This document shows positions 61,041 through 64,000 of a DNA stretch of 64,000 nucleotides, piece after piece (position 1 is the stretch's first letter; each line of letters begins with the position of its first letter). A program made the translations under genes and the position numbers. The stretch is from assembly GCA_013265495.1 (NCBI GenBank), contig MU058584.1:5338508-5402507 (forward strand). Reading direction: 5' to 3'. The DNA comes from Vicugna vicugna. Taxonomy: Eukaryota. Under the pieces are notes generated by a model. The model was given only the letters and a program-made list of their open reading frames with translations, searched no databases and was not told the DNA's origin.

Positions 61041-62122
61041 TTGCTTTTTTTTTTAATACTACATCACTCATATTAGTCTCTTTTATTTACATTTCGGAGA
61101 TGGAATTGTACACATTTGGCTTCCTTACACTTTGGAGGAATTGTAACCTTGAAGTGCCAGTAAGGTGTCTCTCTGCTATTTCGTTAGATTCCGTTGATCC
61201 ATGAGCTGACACAGTAAATGTGCAGTGCCGCCCAGGCCCACCTGCTGCCCACATCCCTGTCCATCTCTCCTCCCTCCCTCAGCTGGGTCCTGCCAACCTA
61301 CTCCCAGAATTTGAGGCAGCGGATAAGCTGGCCTTGATGGCCTTAGGACTTCCAGAAGGTACTGCCCAGCCTCATGGTTCAGTAAAGGGCTGAGGGCGGC
61401 AAACTCCAAATTCCTTTCCCCAGTGGACCTCACTGTTTGGCTTCCACAACTCACCTACCCAGGCTGCTCTTTCTCCGTCTCTAAAGACAAGGGTACAACC
61501 AGTAAGTCAGCTTGGGTGTGCAGGAAGCCTACTGATTAACTGAGAAATGTTCTTGGAGCCACAGAAAAATGTCTTACGTCATATGCTCATTTTAGATGAG
61601 TGAGCAGAGCAGAGACCCTGCTAAATAGGACCAGGTAACAAATTTCATGGAGGGATGGTGGGAAAAATGACTAATGAATCTCTGAAGCTTCATGGAGGGC
61701 TTTTCTGCTTGCTCACTTGAGGGAAGGGCTCCGCTGTGGAAGATGTTTGTGGGAAGAGCGCCAGCCTCCCAGCGTCCATTTCTGCCTCCATTTCTGTGGG
61801 AAAACACGATGGGGTTGGACTTGATGTCTGTGCTTGTTCAGTGCACTCAGTCTAGGAATCTCAGGACCTGAGGGCCGTCTGACACAGACAAGGCTAGAGA
61901 GAAGTTGGGCAGGTGGAGGGGACCAGGGAGGGATCACCTAGTGGCTTCCAACCAGACATCTCTTTTCCCACATACTCACATGAATAGCATCATCTGATAC
62001 CACGGAGAATATGATCTCTTATTTTAGGATATTAGTCACTTGGCAAATTTTTTATCTAAAGTCAAATACACTGTGTGCTTGTTCTTCAGTTTGACCTTGA
62101 ACAGAAAAGCATAATTGATGCC

Positions 62123-62212
62123 TTTTTTTTTTTTAATGGAGATACTGGGGATGGAACCCAGGACCTTGTGTGTAGTAAGCATGCGCTGTACTGCTGAGCC
62201 ATACCCAATCCT
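62123..62212 (-). mobile_element. Vic-1-type SINE (antisense)
   Basis: ttttaatggagatactggggatggaacccaggaccttgtgtgtagtaagcatgcgctgtactgctgagccataccc is the reverse complement of the same SINE. Confidence 0.85.
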
Positions 62213-62811
62213 TTATGTCAAATAGTAGGATTCAACTGTTTTTCCCATTGTAAAAATGGTTATCTTTTATTTTATTGGGGACAAGCACAATCATGTGCAA
62301 AGATATGTCCCTATGAAATTCTTTGCGCTTCTAAAATAGAGCCCCTGAACCAAGTAATTCTCTCTCTGTGCACCTGAAGGGAAAAAAGTCTGATGATAAA
62401 GGGTAATTCTGCAGACGGAGAAGGGCCTTCAGCCAGGGCACGTGGCATTTAGCTTAGACAGGAGGGAAGATTTCCGCCCGCTGAGGGTTGTCGAATATCT
62501 AGGCAGGCTCGCTCTAGAGAAGTTCCGCTGGCTCATCTTTCCGAGGCTTTTCAAAGGAAGCAGCCCCTCAAGGGGGTTGGGGAGGTTGTAGATGTGACCC
62601 TGCCCAGAGGCAGGGAGGGTGGCTTCAGCAGCGGATCCCAGGTCCCCTGGGGCAGAGGTGAGGCACAGGTTTCCAGAAAGCACAGCACACCTTTTTTCCT
62701 GTGCCCTCCCTGCCATTTGTTAGGTAAATTGATACTGGCCCTGCAGAGGTAAAATAAAAACTGGAAACAACAACCAAAACTCATAGATATCTTAGTGGCA
62801 CTTAAAGGGGG

Positions 62812-62815
<4 letters not shown>

Positions 62816-62842
<27 letters not shown>
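62816..62842. repeat. (TG)n microsatellite
   Basis: Perfect TG run of ~13 units. Confidence 0.92.
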
Positions 62843-64000
62843 AGGGATGTGTACATATATGTATGTGTCTAAATGTACATAGAGACAAATAGGTTGAGAA
62901 ATCACAAACTTGCTACATTATAAACCTAATTGAAAACAAAATACTTCCTTCCTAGTGAAGAGCCTTTCTTTTTCCCTTCTCTTTCTCTTGTCACTGCCCC
63001 TGTCTGCCCTAAGCACCTACTAAAGCCAGAGATTGTTTTCCTTATTTGTTTCTCAAGAGATAGGGAACCAAGCAGAGGCCAGTGTAATTCTAAAAAGCAA
63101 GTGCAAAACCAAAAGGATTTAAAATAAAAAAAATTTTTTTAACTTCAAATCTTATGTAAAGTTGACAGACTCATTAAAAACCAGTAGTAAAATTTCACAT
63201 ATCTAAATTCTGATTTCAACCCTTTCAGGTGGCTTTATTAAATAATAATCAATATGTACTTTAAGGTAAATGATCAGATCAGGGCAGAGCTGGGCAGAGC
63301 TCAGCGTGGTTCCTGTCAGCTCAAGTTCAGAAGACTTTGGAGAGGCAAAAGGTTAGATCTGTTTCCTGGAATATAATTTGAAACCACAAGCCAGTGATTG
63401 GGTGTTCTGCTATCTTTGGCCTCTGGGAGTTACTGCAAACAAAGCTCATCCTTGTCCAGGGCTCCAATGTACAACCCGAAGGAGTGGGCAGTATGTGGAG
63501 AGGGCAGCTGAAAGCATTTGATCCAGTGTGAACACCAAGGTGAGATTTGTATCATCTTTGGAGAGAGTCAGAGCTGAGGAATTTGTCTGTGGTCTCAAGA
63601 TAATAAAGAAGTTGCCAAATCCAATCCTATTCCTTTCTATCCCTTCTTTCCATTAGTCTGATAATGTAAAGTAAAGGGTTTAAAGGATTTAGATATCAGG
63701 TCAAGGGTCCTCATTGCCTCTTGTAAAGATCTAATTGCTTTAGAGAAATCACTTTGGAGAAGAGGAATTTTCCTAATGGTTTAGAGAAGATCTCATCAGA
63801 GGATGCTCCTAATTAATTAAGATTATCCATAACAGAACAGTCCAGGGCACTGATCTCTGAGAGCTTTCAGGAAGAGAAATTCTCAGGCCGGCAGGCAGGC
63901 TCCAGATGAAGAAGAGAGAGGAGGCAGATGTAGTGGGTGAGGGAGCGCGGGACCTTCCAGAGATGTGGGGAAGGAGAACGAAAGTGTGTACCAGGGAGGC

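Noticed and set aside
1..64000. CRISPR array, operon or other prokaryote-type system; scattered AP-1 and single TonE motifs as an enrichment
   Set aside because: The sequence is mammalian with no regularly spaced repeat-spacer structure. Counts of isolated 7-8-bp motifs are near chance expectation.

Overview
Mammalian genomic DNA, very likely camelid, judged from three tRNA-Ala-derived Vic-1-type SINEs and no recognisable Alu, Bov-A/BovB, PRE-1 or SINEC. The first ~50 kb is a repeat-rich intergenic stretch with no credible protein-coding gene: L1s of several ages, L2, MIR, MaLR/ERVL/ERV1 solo LTRs, and Tigger/hAT MITEs. It leads into the CpG-island promoter and first two coding exons of ATP1B1 (Na+/K+-ATPase beta-1 subunit, + strand; exon 1 CDS 51380-51476, exon 2 55916-56044). 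Intron 2 runs off the end of the window. I found no new gene family or novel biological system: almost all listed ORFs are chance or L1-derived. The best leads are regulatory or structural: (1) a palindromic double TonE/NFAT5-type site next to a full CRE in ATP1B1 intron 1; (2) a textbook 3' splice site inside the 5' leader, implying an upstream non-coding exon; (3) an ancient SINE remnant next to an RFX X-box ~19 kb upstream; (4) three L1 fragments apparently inserted one after another at the same target site. Repeat subfamily names come from memory of consensus sequences, not from a search, and repeat boundaries are approximate unless target-site duplications (TSDs) are given.
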